From contig JASTWF010000035.1 in NCBI GenBank assembly GCA_030390025.1, positions 248,001 through 312,000 on the forward strand: a stretch of 64,000 nucleotides of DNA. Direction: 5' to 3'. Below the pieces are notes generated by a model. That model worked only from the letters and a program-made list of their open reading frames with translations, was not told the DNA's origin and searched no databases. The stretch's first letter is position 1, and the number at the start of each line of letters is the position of its first letter. A program made the position numbers and the translations under genes. This DNA is from Squalus acanthias (lineage: Eukaryota). Positions 12,610 to 25,042 of this stretch are shown one piece after another.

Positions 12610-14697
12610 CGAAAATGTGAAGTTATCCACTTTGGTAGGAAGAATAAGAAAGCAAAATATTATTTAAATGGAGAGAGACTACAGAATGCTGCGGTACAGA
12701 GGGATCTGGGTGTCCTCGTACATGAAATACACAAAGTTAGCATGCAGGTACAGCAAGTAATTAGGAAGGCAAATGGAATGTTGGCCTTTATTGCAAGGGG
12801 GATGGAGTATAAAAGTAGGGAAGTCTTGCTACAACTGTACAGGGCGTTGGTTAGACCACACCTGGAGTACTGCGTACAGTTTTGGACTCCTTATTTAAGG
12901 AGGGATATACTTGGAGGCAGTTCAGAGAAGGTTCACGAGGTTGATTCCGGAGATGAAAGGGTTGTCTTATGAGGAAAGGTTGAGCAGGTTGGGCCTGTAC
13001 TCATTGGAATTTAGAAGAATGAGAGGTGATCTTATTGAAACATATAAGAATCTGAGGGGCCTCGACAAGGTAGATGCTGAGAGGATGTTTCCCCTCGAGG
13101 AGGAATCTAGAACTAGGGGGCATAGTTTCAGAATAAGGGATCGCCCATTTAAAATGGAAATGAAGAGGAATTTCTTCTCTCAGTGGGTCGTGAATCTTTG
13201 GAATTCTCTTCCCCAGAGAGCTGTGGAGGCGGAGTCATTGAATATATTCAAGGCTATAGGGGGTGGTAGTGGGGTCAGCCTTCAACTCTGACTCTGAGTG
13301 GTTCGAATCGCTCCCACGCCCCTGGTTCCTAGACTTTGGACTTATTCAGGGGTTGTGAATAAAGATGCAGTTGACAACAGGTTCTAATGAAAGAATTTTG
13401 ACTTTATTAAAAGAAAACGGTAACAAACTTTAAACACACTTAATACTTAAACACAGGTTGGGGAACACACGGTACAGCCGAGGGAGAAGGACAATATACA
13501 AAAAAAACCTTATCCCTCCCAAAAATCCCACTATCTAGCTAGGTTTTGGTTTCAGGAGATCAGGGATAATGCTCACCAAACGAATCCTTGACAGTTGAGA
13601 GTTAGGGTTTAGAGTCTTTTGAGTAAAAAGTTTCATAAGGCCCTTGTTGCCGCGAGGTGTCCGATGGTCACTGAGGCAGTCGCTCTGGTTTCTTCTTGTG
13701 TGTTGGTCTGTTTGTGAAGTTGTTGGCCTTCTTTCCTCCTCCTCCTCGTGGCTTGTGGTGTCTTTGCTGGAGCAGAGCTGAGAGAGAGCTGTGCGAGTGT
13801 TGAGAGCATTGTCAGAGAGTCCAGAGAGAGAGAGTCTTGGGGGTGTAGGCCCCCAATTATACTTGTTCAGCCCCTTTGTCCTTTTCGCGCCCAAAACCCC
13901 TTACTAAATCGGTTTCCTTTAGATTTCAAATGAGCCCCGTTTATTCCATTGTCTTAGTTTTGGTGGGCTTGTTAGTTTCGATGGCTTTAACTTGGTGTTA
14001 AACATGTCCTGATAGCTTCCGATTTCGGCAAGGCCTTTATCTGCGCGCCAAATCTTGTCCCTATTGTCCTAGGTTTTTGGCGGGCTTTTAAATCTGTCCT
14101 GTGGATACCTGGTTGATTGGTTTTTGGTGAAGTAAATCGGGGTACTAAATGTTTTATTGATTTCAGGCTTCTGGTATCCTGTTTGGGCCTGGGAATTTCA
14201 AAAGAGGTCTTGGATTATACATATTTCGATGTGTGTGTGTGGCTTTTGGGTTTGTCTCTTCCTCCTTGGTGGGAAGGCAGTGTAAACAAATTCCCCATAC
14301 AGCTTGATTGGGCCCCAATACCCAAACCTGGCCACTGCCTGGCCACGCCCCTCCGCAGCCTGTCTGTGTCTGTGAAAGGTGTCTTTCCCAACAGTAAGAT
14401 TCAAAAAGTCATTTTCCTCAGGGCTTTTCTTCCCTGATCTTTAAAAATGTCCAAAACTGAGGTTTTTACCTCAAATCACTTCACTTAGGGTTCTGTTCGA
14501 GTTTCTGGGGGATTTTGCAAAGCCTACAAGGCGGAGATAAATAGATTTTTGAAAAACAGGGGTGTCAAGGGTTATGGGGAATGGGCAGAAAAGTGGAGTT
14601 GAGGCCAAAATCGGATCAGCCATGATCTTATTGAATGACGGAGCAGGCTCGAGGGGCCGAATGGCCGACTCCTGCTCCTATTTCTTATGCTCTTATG
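12610..14697 (+). mobile_element. 5'-truncated CR1 (RT C-terminus + 3' tail) split by a solo LTR
   Basis: LYRALVRPHLEYCVQFW, NFFSQWVVNLWNSLP; the sequence resumes at 14529 and ends in a TTCTTATG-type tail. Confidence 0.92.
13255..14528 (-). mobile_element. Solo LTR of the loki-like ERV group (1274 bp)
   Basis: 4-bp TSD AGGC on both sides; element-sense termini TGTAGG...CCTATA; shares splice-donor, AATAAA and U5 hairpin motifs with the other LTRs. Confidence 0.9.
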
Positions 14698-14768
14698 AAT
14701 CGAAGGGACTTTGTGCTGGGTAATTGCTCTGGTTCTGGATTAACGCAGCCGAGTGTCTTCTCTCTCAG

Positions 14769-14858
14769 GTTTGAAGCCGGCAATCACCTCTGAGGGTTTG
14801 GAACTGACCTTTGCCACCAACCACCTGGGCCCATTCCTCCTGACAAGCCTGCTGCTGG
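14769..14858 (+). CDS. RDH-like SDR gene, next exon
   Basis: tcttctctctcag acceptor, G|GTGAGT donor. Translates (G)LKPAITSEGLELTFATNHLGPFLLTSLLL, the NHLGxFLLT motif of this family; phases match the neighbours. Confidence 0.93.
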
Positions 14859-16039
14859 GTGAGTGATTCTCTCCGCATTGATGATAATACAGGTCAATAA
14901 GGCCATAAAAAGCAAACCAAGCATTGGGTTCATTTCTAGAGGGATAGAAATGGAAAGCAGAGAAGTTATGCTGAACTTGTATAGAACCTTGGTTAGGTCA
15001 CACTTGGAGCACTGTGCACAGTTCTGGTCACCGTATTATAAAGAATATAGAGGCACTGGAGAAGGTGCAAAAAAGATTGACAAGAATTAGACCAGAACTG
15101 AGAGATTATAGCTATCAGGAAAGATTGAACAGGCTGGGGCTCTTTTCTCGAGATTATGAACGGGTTTGATAGGGTAGATATAGAGAAGATGTTTCCACTT
15201 GCGGGAGAGACCAGAACTAGGGCCCATCAATATATTTTTTTATTCGTTTATGGGATGTGGACGTCACTGGCAAGGCCAGCATTTATTGCCCATCCCTAAT
15301 TGCCCTTGAGAAGGTGGTGGTGAGCCGCCTTCTTGAACCACTGCAGTCCGTGTGGTGAAGGTACTCCCACAGTGCTGTTAGGGAGGGAATTCCAGGATTT
15401 TGACCCAGCGACGATGAAGGATCGGCGATGTACTTCTCAGTCAGGATGGTGTGTGACTTGTAGAGGAACTTGGAGGTGGTGGTGTTCCCATGCGCCTGCT
15501 GCCCTTGTCCTTCTAGGTGGAAGAGGTCACGGGTTTGGGAGGTGCTGCCGAAGGAGCCTTAGCGAGTTGCTGCAGTGCATCTTGTAGATGGTACACACTG
15601 CAGCCATGGTACGCCGGTGGTGGAGGGAGTGAATGTTTAAGGCGGTGGATGGGGTGCCAATCAAGCAGGCTGCTTTGTCCTGGATGGTGTCGCGCTTCTT
15701 GAGTGTTGTTGGAGCTGCACTCATCCAGGCAAGTGGAGAGTATTCCATCACACTCCTTACTTGTGCCTTGTAGATGGTGGAAAGGCTTTGGGGAGTCAGG
15801 AGGTGAGACACTCGCTGCAGAATACCCAGCCTCTGACCTGCTCTTGTTGCCACAGTATTTATGTGGCTGGTCCAGTTAAGTTTCTGGTCAATGGTAACCC
15901 CCAGGATGTTGATGGTGGGGGATTCGGCGATGGAAATGACATTGAGGGCTGGATTTTGTCAATGGGGACGTGATGGAGGCGGGACTCCCACTTTTTGGGT
16001 TGTAGTCCCACCTCCATTGATTTGTGGCCAACCCACACT

Positions 16040-16250
16040 ACTAATGTCTCTTAATGTCTCTTTATCTCCCCTTTTGTTCCTTTATCCCCTCCCCCTTTTC
16101 CCAGCTTTATCCTGGCCTTAAATCTATTTGATTTCCGGCTCTTTCCAGTTCTGACGAAAGGTCATTGACCTGAAACGTTAACTCTCTTTCTCTCTCCACG
16201 GATGTTGTCTGGCCTGCTGAGTTTTTCCAGCGTTTTCTGTTGTTATTTGC
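16040..16250 (+). mobile_element. Penelope-like element terminal remnant containing a minimal hammerhead ribozyme motif
   Basis: CTGACGA-AGGTC-ATT-GACCT-GAAACG core followed by ...ggcctgctgagtttttccagc, typical of fish Penelope terminal repeats. Confidence 0.6.
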
Positions 16251-16877
16251 ACACTACTTTCCCTTGATTGACCTTGTTAAGCCCGCCCAGCGGGCTCAGC
16301 AGGCCAATTAAGGGACACCTGGATACTGGTGATGTCAGCGATTGACATTTCATCTGTCAAACACTGACAATCTGTCTTCTAACTTGAGTCTGAGCTCAGA
16401 GCGGCGGCGGGACTCAAAAGAGGCGGCAGAGACCAGGTAGGCCTCAGAGCGGCGGCGGACCTGCGGGGAACGAGGCGGTGGCGGGGAGACTCAGGTGGGC
16501 CTCAGAGCGGCGGCAGACCTGCGGGGAACGAGGCGGCGGCGGCGAGACTCAGGTAGGCCTCAGAGCGGCGGCGGACCTGCGGGGAACGAGGCGGCGGTGG
16601 CGAGACTCAGGTAGGCCTCACCAATCTCCGAGCTCAGAGGGAGGGAGAGAAGTAAAAAGTAATCAAAGTGTGACGTCACCAGAAAGCAGGTAAGTGATTG
16701 GTTGGTGAGTATTTCTCTCTTTTTAAACTTAAACTCTGTGGTTTATAGTTTCTAAGCTCTCTGTGGTTTAGCGGGGACTGTTGGTAAACCAGGGCCCTTA
16801 AGTATATCATTTAACTGTAGTGTAATTGGTGGGATTGATTTGATTTAATTTAATTTGAATTAATTAAAGGGTAAGTC

Positions 16878-17790
16878 GTGGCAGGAGAGCTCGGCCCCGT
16901 GGTATGCTCCTCCTGCGCTATGTGGGAACTCAGGGACACTTCCTGTGCCCCTGACAACCATGTGTGCAGGAAGTGTATCTAGCTACAGCTACTGGCAGAC
17001 CGCACTGCGGCGCTGGAGCTGCGATTGGATACATACTGGAGCATTCACGATGCTGAGGACGTCGTGAATATCATGTTTGAGCCGTTGGTCACACCGCAGG
17101 CAAAGGATGCACAGGCAGAAAGGGAATGGGTGACCAACAGACAGAGTAGTAGGCGCAGGCAGGTAGTGCAGGAGTCCCCTGTGGACATCCCCCTCTCAAA
17201 CAGATATACCACTTTGAATACTGTTGGGGGGGATGGCTTATCAGAGGAAGGCAGCAGCAGCCAACTTCCTGGCACCAGGGGTGGCTCTGCTGCACAGGAC
17301 GGGAGGAAAAAGAGGGGTAGAGCTATAGTGATAGGGGATTCTATTGTAAGGGGAATAGATAGGCGTTTCTGCGGCCGCAAACGAGACTCCAGGCTGGTGT
17401 GTTGCCTCCCTGGTGCAAGGGTCAAGGATGTCTCAGAGCGGCTGCAGAACATTTTGGAAGGGGAGGGTGAACAGCCAGTTGTCATGGTGCATATAGGTAA
17501 AAAAGGGGATGAGGTCCTAAAAGCTGAATATAGGGAGTTAGGAGGCAAATTAAAAAATAGGACCTCAAAGGTAGTAATCTCCGGATTGCTACCAGTGCCA
17601 CGTGCTAGTCAGAGTAGAAATAGAAGGATATTTCAGATGAATACGTGGCTAGAGGAATGGTGCAAGGGGGAGGGATTCAAATTCCTGGGATATTGGAACC
17701 GGTTCTAGGGGAGGTGGGACCAGTACAAACTGGACGGTCTGCACCTGGGGGGAGTGTTTGCTAGTGCTCTGGGGGAGGGTTTAAACTAAA
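16878..17790 (+). pseudogene. CR1 ORF1 (Cys-rich zinc finger + SGNH/GDSL esterase-like domain)
   Basis: CSSCAMWE...HVCRKC, then VIGDSIVRG, CLPGARV, DGLHL; internal stops. Confidence 0.85.
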
Positions 17791-17929
17791 GTGGCAGGGG
17801 GTTGGGAACCTGAGCAGGGAGACAGAGGAAAGGGAAACAAGGATAAAAGCAAAAGATAGGAAGAAGAAAAACAAAAGTGGCAGTCAGAGAAATCAACGGT
17901 TTAAATCAAACATGGCCACAGTAAATAAT

Positions 17930-18669
17930 GGCCCAAAAATTAGTGCCTCTACGCGAGAGTACGCACTGTGTACTCTCGCGTATTCTGTCTCCAATTGCCG
18001 GTTTTCTGCATGCACTGCGCATGCGCTGAAAACCGGCACTTGGTGATTTCAAAAGGGGGCGGTTCCTAAGTGAACCGCGTGCGCGCTACAGGCTGCGCGC
18101 ACGCAGTGCACTTAGTGCTTTGAACGCGCAGGTAAGCATGGAAGATTTTGCACATAAAGAAAGGAGGCGTAAGACCCTCTTTTAACAAGGTAAGTAGTTA
18201 ATTAAGTATTATTTTGAATTTTTTTCAAAAGGTATATCTTTTTCGAGACTTTAAAGAAAGGTAAGTTTATTTTTATAAATTTTTAAAAGATTTTAAATTT
18301 TTTCAAAAATTTAATTTTTTGTTTAAAGTGGTTAATTTATTTAACTATACTTATTTTATTAATGTGATGGTTTTTTTTAAATTTAATTGAGGTTTAGCTG
18401 TTCTTTTGGGGGGGTATAGATTCATAGCTTTCACAGCACTTATGTGAAAACTATGAATGAAAGATGGTGTGCTGCCATTGGCTCTAACGGAATCACGTGA
18501 TCCCACAGCTCGCACGAATTAACTGCGCCTGTGGGATACGCAAGCACTGCCCAGCTGCTGTCTAGAAAATCAAGTTCGTGCGAGCTGGGAATGAAAAAGC
18601 CGGCGCGCAGTGAGATATCGCGGGGAAGCCTTACCCCCGCACGAAAGCTCCCTCACTAATTTTTGGGCC
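17930..18669. mobile_element. MITE (Harbinger-like) inserted in the CR1 inter-ORF region
   Basis: Perfect 16-bp TIR GGCCCAAAAATTAGTG / CACTAATTTTTGGGCC with 3-bp TSD AAT. Confidence 0.88.
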
Positions 18670-18689
18670 AATAATTCTAATAGGTCTAA

Positions 18690-21516
18690 GAGCATTAAAA
18701 AAACAAGCCTGAAGGCTTTGTGTCTTAATGCGAGGAGCATTCATAATAAGGTGGATGAAGTAGCTGCGCAAATAGAGGTAAACGAATATGATTTGATTGG
18801 GATTACGGAAACATGGCTCCAGGGTGGCCAAGGCTGGGAATTCAACATCCAGGGTTATTCAATATTCAGTAAAGATAGGCAAAAAGGAAAGGGAGGTGGC
18901 ATAGCATTGCTGGTTAAAGAGGGGATTAACACAATTGTAAGGAAGGATATTAGCTCTGATGCTGCAGAATCTGTATGGGTAGAACTGAGAAATACCAAGG
19001 GGCAGAAAATGTTAGTGGGAGTGGTATATAGACCGCCAAACAGTAATGCGGAGGTTGGGGATGGCATTAAAAGGGGAATTAGAGAAGCGTGCAATAATGG
19101 CACAGCAGTCATCATGGGTGACTTTGATCTACATATAGATTGGGCTAACCAAATTAGTAACAATACTGTGGAGGAGGAATTCCTGGAGTGTTTACGGGAT
19201 GGTTTCCTGGACCAATATGTCGAGGAACCAACCAGAGAGCAGGCCATCTTAGACTGGGTATTATGTAATGAGAAATGATTAATTAGCAATCTTGTTGTGC
19301 GAGGCCCCTTGGGTCGGAGCGATCATAATATGATAGAATTCTTCATTAAGATGGAGAGTGAAGTAGTTGACTCAGAGACTAGGGTCCTGAATTTAAATAA
19401 AGGAAACTACGATGGTATGAGGCGCGAGTTGGGTAGGATTGATTGGGGAATGTCACTCAAAGGGTTGACGGTGGATAGGCAATGGCAAACATTCAAAGAC
19501 CGCATGGATGAACTACAGAATTTGTTCATCCCAGTTTGGCATAAGAATAAAACAAAAAAGGTGACTCAACCGTGGCTAACAAGGGAAATTAGGGATAGTA
19601 TAAGATCCAAGGAGAGGACATATAAATTGGCCAGAAAAAGCAGTAAACCTGAGGATTGGGAGCAGTTTAGGATTCAACAAAGGAGGACAAAGGGATTAAT
19701 TAAGAAGGGGAAAATAGAATACGAGAGGAAGCTTTCAGGGAACATAAAAACTGACTGTAAAAGCTTTTATAGATACGTGAAAAGAAAAAGATTGGTGAAG
19801 TCAAGCGTAGGTCCCTTGCAGTCAGAATCAGGGGAACTTATACTGGGGAACAAAGAAATGGCAGACCAATTAAATACATAATTTGGTTCTGTCTTCACAA
19901 AAGAGGACACAAATAACCTCCCAGAGATGTCGGGGAACATAGGGTCTGATGAAAGGGAGGAACTGAAAGAAATCAGTATTTGTAGGGAAATGGTGTTAGG
20001 GAAATTGGCGGGATTGAAGGCCGATAAATCCCTAGGGCCTGATAATCTACATCCTAGGGTACTTAAGGAAGTGGCCCTAGAAATAGTAGATGCATTGCTG
20101 ATCATCTTCCAACATTTGATGGAATCTGGAACAATACCCATGGATTAGAGGGTAGCTAATGTTACCCCACTATTCAAAAAAGGTGGTAGAGAGAAAATGG
20201 GGAATTGCAGACCGGTAAGCCTGACATCGGTAGTGGGGAAAATGCTAGAGTCCATTATAAAAGATGTAATAGCAGAGCACTTGGAAAACAGTGACAGGAT
20301 CGGACAAAGTCAACATGGATTTACAAAAGGTAAATCGTGCTTGACTAATCTACTGGAATTTTTTGAGGATGTAACTGGTAAAATAGATAAGGGAGAACCA
20401 GTGGATGTGGTGTATTCGGACTTTCAAAAGGCTTTCGATAAGGTCCCGCATAAGAGATTAGCGTGTAAAGTTAAGGCACATGGGATTGGGGGCAAGGTAC
20501 TGACTTGGATAGAGAGCTGGTTGGCAGACAGAAAGCAAAGAGTTGGAATAAACGGGTCTTTTTCCGAGTGGCAGGCAGTGACTAGTGGGGTACCGCAGGG
20601 ATCGGTCCTTGGACCCCAGCTATTCACAATATATATTAATGATCTAGACAAGGGAACTAGATGTAATATCTCCAAGTTTGCAGACGACACAAAGCTGGGT
20701 GGGCGTGTGTGCTGTGAGGAGGATGCCGAGAAACTCCAGAATGATTTGGACAGGTTGGATGATTGGGCAGAAGCATGGCAGATGCATGAAAATGTGGATA
20801 AATGCCAGGTTATCCACTTTGGTGTCAAAAACAGGAAGGCAGATTATTATCTGAATGGCAATAGATTGGGAGAAGGGGAAGTGCAACAAGGCCTGGGTGT
20901 CCTTGTGCACCAGTCGCTGAAGGTAAGCATGCAGGTGCAGCAGGCGGTTAAGAAGGCAAATGGTATGTTGGCCTTCGTAGCGAGAGGGTTTGAGTACAGG
21001 AACAAGGATGTCTTGCTGCAGTTGTACAGGGCCTTGGTGAGACCACATCTTGAGTATTGTGTGCAGTTTTGGTCGCCTTATCTGAGGAAGGATGTTCTTG
21101 CCATGGAAGGAGTTCAGCGAAGATTCACCAGGCTGATACCTGGGATGGCAGGAATGACGTATGAGGAGAGATTGGTTCGATTGGGCTTATACTCGCTGGA
21201 GTTTAGAAGAATGAGAGGGGATCTCATTAAAACTTATAAAATTCTGAAAGGACTGGACAGACTAGATGCAGGAAGGATGTTCCCGATGGTCGGGGATTCC
21301 AGAACCAGGGGTCACAGTCTAAGGATAAGGGGTAAGCCATTTAGGACAGAAATGAGGAGGAATTTCTTCACCCAGAGAGTGGTGAACCTGTGGAATTCTC
21401 TACCACAGAAGGCAGTGGAGGCCAATTCATTAAATATATTCAAGAAGGAGTTGGATATATTTCTTAAGGCTAAAGGGATCAAGGGATATGGGGAGAAAGC
21501 AGGGACAGGGTTCTGA
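18690..21516 (+). pseudogene. CR1 ORF2 (APE endonuclease + reverse transcriptase), in frame with a few nonsense mutations
   Basis: LNARSI, ITETWL, MGDFD, SDHN, GVPQGSVLGP, KFADDTKL; stops near 19276, 19879 and 20146. Confidence 0.93.
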
Positions 21517-22726
21517 ATTTGGATGATCAGCCATGATCGCATTGAATGGCGGAGCAGGTTAGAGCGGCCGAATGACCTACTCCTGCTCATATCTTCTATG
21601 TTTCTATGTTTCCTTCTACTCAGACTCAGTTCGAGAGCCTCCCAGAAAGCAGAGGCTGCAGCTTTTGACAGCTCAGTGGCCATTCTGCTTTCTGTGCCGG
21701 TGAGCTGAGGGACTCCCGAGAACTGAAGGGAGGAAGCCTGGAGGAGAAAGTAAAGGTAAGTAAAACTTATTAAAACACTTTACACACACCAAACACACTT
21801 ACCTCTGCACTCATGCACCCATCACTCACCTGTACACCGGACATCTCGACCCCTCCAAGCCCTGCAGACCGACGGTCCGCCTCGCTAACTTGGCGTGGTT
21901 TGGAGCCGTCGGGCAGCCCACACTTCAGGGCTAAAAATAGGGATTAGCCAAAAAACTGCCTGTTAACTACCAGTTAACAGACAGTTAATTGACACTAATC
22001 CCCTTCCTGCCTCGGGGAGGCGGCTGCCAGCACAGGTCGGGTACCCGCCTCCTGGGACATTGGCATGGAGGCGGGTTGGGGGTGGGATGGGTACGTGCCC
22101 CCCGAATCTGCAATTTTCCCACCACTCCCGCCTCCAAACCCGCCTCCACGGGGCTTGGAAATTCGAGCCCTGAATGTCAAGGGGCGGTGGTTAGATTCTC
22201 GCTTGTTGGAGATAATCATTGCCTGGCACTTGTGTGGCGCGAATATTACCTGCTACTTATCAGCCCAAACCTGAACGTCATCCAGGTCTTGTTGCATGTG
22301 GGCATGGACTGCTTCATTTTCTGAGGAGTTGTGAATGGCGTTGAACACTGTGCAGTCATCAGCGAACATCTCCATTTCTCACCTTATATTGGAGGAAAGG
22401 TCATTGATGAAGCAGCTGAAGATGGTTGGGCCTAGGACACTGCCCTGTGTAACTCCTACAGCGATGTCCTGGGGCTGTGATGATTGATCTCCAACCACCA
22501 CAACCATCTTCCTTTGTGCTAGGTACGACTCCAGCCAGTGGAGCCTTTTCCCCCTGATTCCCATTGACTTCAGTCACTAATAAATCCAATAAGGAATTCA
22601 GAACAAACTTCTTTGCCCAGAGACCTATCACAGGGAGTGGTTGAGTCAAATAGCATAGATGCATTTAAGGGGAAGCTCGATAAACACATGAGGGAGAAAG
22701 GAATAGAAGGATATGCTGATAGGGTG

Positions 22727-24381
22727 TGTAAGGTTTCCAAAATTTACAGGACCCCAAAACCTAAGGAAAAACGACTTTGGAACTACCTCAGAGTGATAAA
22801 AATGCATTTGGGCCTAACCTAAGGAATTTAAGATCAAAACCCAAGTTTTGGCATTTTAAAACATGTCTGTGCCTGTAAAGGGACAAGGAGGAGGGTTCGA
22901 CCTCTGTAAAAGCAGTTTTGGTTATTGCAGTTAATTACACTGTCTGGGGAACCAGGATGACCTCACTCAAGCCCCAGCAGACATTAACATTTGAACAATA
23001 GACCCTGGGAGAAGACAGTCCCACCCAAAATAACAGGCCCCATCAAACCGATTACAGGGCCCATCAGAAACATGCATAATAAAAACCACTCAGACCCATT
23101 CTATAGAAAGACCGAGTCCAGCCTAGAAAACCAAACATGAAACCAATCACCAGTGATCAACCACGGAAATCGTCAGGATGCAAGTCATCCCAAAAACCAT
23201 TTCACACTTACAGAGCAGTTACTGGTAACGAGCCCGCCAAAACCTTACAAAGAGTAACACAAGATTTGGCGCGCAGATAAGGCCATGTTCAATGGGTGAG
23301 ATTGAAGGCCTGTTCAAAACCAGTTAACACGCGAGTAAAGTCGTTACTGTTAACGAGCCCGCCAAAACCAGACAATAAACTGAGCAGATGTGGCGGGCAG
23401 ATAAGGCCACTTCAATTTGGTATAATTGAAGGCCTGTTAAGCGGTTCGACAGTCGAGACAAGCGGGTCATCAGCATCACACACAGTCGAGTGTGGAGACA
23501 AGGAGCAACATCACAGACCTAAGTCGAGCTGGAAGCGAGTCGGCATCGCTCACCACTCGGACACACCTGAGTACAGCTCGTGAAGATACCACCTCGACGG
23601 ACCTCCAACAACGGTCCCAACACAGTCACCCGGAGCAACAAGCCGAAAATCCACCGACGGCTCCACGAGGTCGACCGACACACTAGACAAGGCCTAAAAC
23701 TATCGCGGAAACCAAAGGCCTCACGAAACCAACAACCGCACATTACCCCCAACTGACCGGGTAATAGCAGGCCACCGCGACCAACAAAGACCATCTCAAG
23801 GGAAGAAAACCCGAAGAACAGCAAAGTTTCCACACTACAAACTACTCCTGACTTACCCCTGGGTAAGATTTTCCCCAAAGACTCTAAACCCTACTGCTAA
23901 CCAAAAGAAATTGGGCACTCACCAGATAGATCCAAACCGATATCCTACCGCATCAGCGGACTCGCGAAGACTGACCAGATACGCAGGTGAAGTCCTCTAC
24001 CGCGTACGGGGTACGGCAGACACTAACCGCCATAAACAGCGAACCCCAAAACAGCGATTTAGCCCAACTGTCAAAGGATTGGTGAGCATTATCCCTGGTC
24101 CTTCAAAGCCTAACTTAGCTAGTAAAGTGGGGTTGGGAGGGGTGAAGTATTGTTCTACTGTCATTTCCCTCGCTTGTTCCCCACCTTTAGAGAGTTAAGA
24201 GTGTTATTATTGTGTTTTACCTTTTTAATAAAGATCGAAGTTCTTTCATCAAACTCAGTTATCTGCTGCACCTTTTATCACAACCCCCAAATAAGTCCAA
24301 GGTCTGGAACCAAGGGAGTGGGAGCGATTCGAACCGCTCAGAAGTCAGAGGTGAAGCTGACACAAACCACCACCCCCTACA
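22727..24381 (+). mobile_element. Solo LTR of the loki-like ERV group (1655 bp)
   Basis: TGTAAGG...CCTACA with TSD GGTG; its 3' end is the reverse-complement homolog of 13255-13420. Confidence 0.92.
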
Positions 24382-24691
24382 GGTGAGATGAAGAGGGGTG
24401 GGAGGAGGCTGGTGTGGAGCATAAACACTGGCATAGAATGGGCTGAATGGCCTGTTTCTGTGCTGTACATTCTATGCAACGTTCTTGTTAAGCTGTGCGG
24501 CCTCGGGGCTGTCTGGAGTTCCCGCGCAGGCCGATCAACAGCTTTTCAATGGGAGATTTCACACATGCTCGAAATATTGAATGGGCCGCACAGTCCGTTA
24601 AAGGGACCGCGCACCCAAAAATAAATCAGGGGGAACATTGATTCTATGTTATTCTATGTCGTTTTGTCACAATCTCGTTTCCAATTTTTAG

Positions 24692-24883
24692 ATTTGGTGA
24701 AGTGCTCGCAGAATGCACGGATTGTGAATGTCTCTTCGATGGTTCACAGAAAGGGGGAGGTAGACTTCAGGCAGATGAGAGGCGACAACCTGCCAAACTC
24801 CCTGGGAAAGTTGATGTACCAGAACACCAAACTAATGAACGTCCTGTTCACACTGGAGCTGTCCAATCAACTCCGTCACACAG
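24692..24883 (+). CDS. RDH-like SDR gene, catalytic exon (Ser and YxxxK)
   Basis: tttttag acceptor, CAG|GTAGG donor. Translates (D)LVKCSQNARIVNVSSMVH...YQNTKLMNVLFTLELSNQLRHT. Confidence 0.93.
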
Positions 24884-25042
24884 GTAGGAACAGCCGGGGC
24901 TGGAGGGGGGGATGGGGTCTGTCGCTAAGAGTCAGTGTTCACCCGGACATTCAATACTGTGCGTTTATGAGGGCCGCAATCATTTGCATTAAGTACTGTT
25001 GTAGCAGACCTCACAAGACCTGGGTACGATACTCTAGTGGTT

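Larger units (their letters stand above)
16395..21611 (+). mobile_element. Near full-length CR1 LINE (decayed)
   Basis: GC-rich 5' UTR with ~60-bp tandem repeats (16430-16620), ORF1, ORF2 and a 3' (TTCTATGT)n tail; possible short TSD CTTCTA. Confidence 0.92.
15946..22170. mobile_element. Harbinger-like non-autonomous DNA transposon expanded by nested insertions
   Basis: Imperfect TIRs GGGCTGGATTTT / AAATTCGAGCCC and 3-bp TSD TGA (15943-15945 / 22171-22173). Confidence 0.7.
15236..22575 (-). mobile_element. Second LINE family (CR1/L2 group) 3' fragment, in two pieces 15236-15945 and 22171-22575
   Basis: TIYKAQVRSVMEYSPLAW and GVTQGSVLGPTIFSCFINDL RT motifs; the two halves rejoin across the TGA TSD. 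Confidence 0.8.
14890..24480 (+). mobile_element. Outer CR1 3' fragment (pieces ~14890-15232, ~22576-22726, 24382-~24480) hosting nested insertions
   Basis: LYRTLVRSHLEHCAQFW at 14970-15030; continuity across the insertions to a CR1-like tail near 24470. Confidence 0.7.

Noticed and set aside
13290..13320. tRNA gene suggested by GGTTCGAATC
   Set aside because: No cloverleaf or convincing A-box; the motif is part of the LTR U5 (reported as a finding instead).
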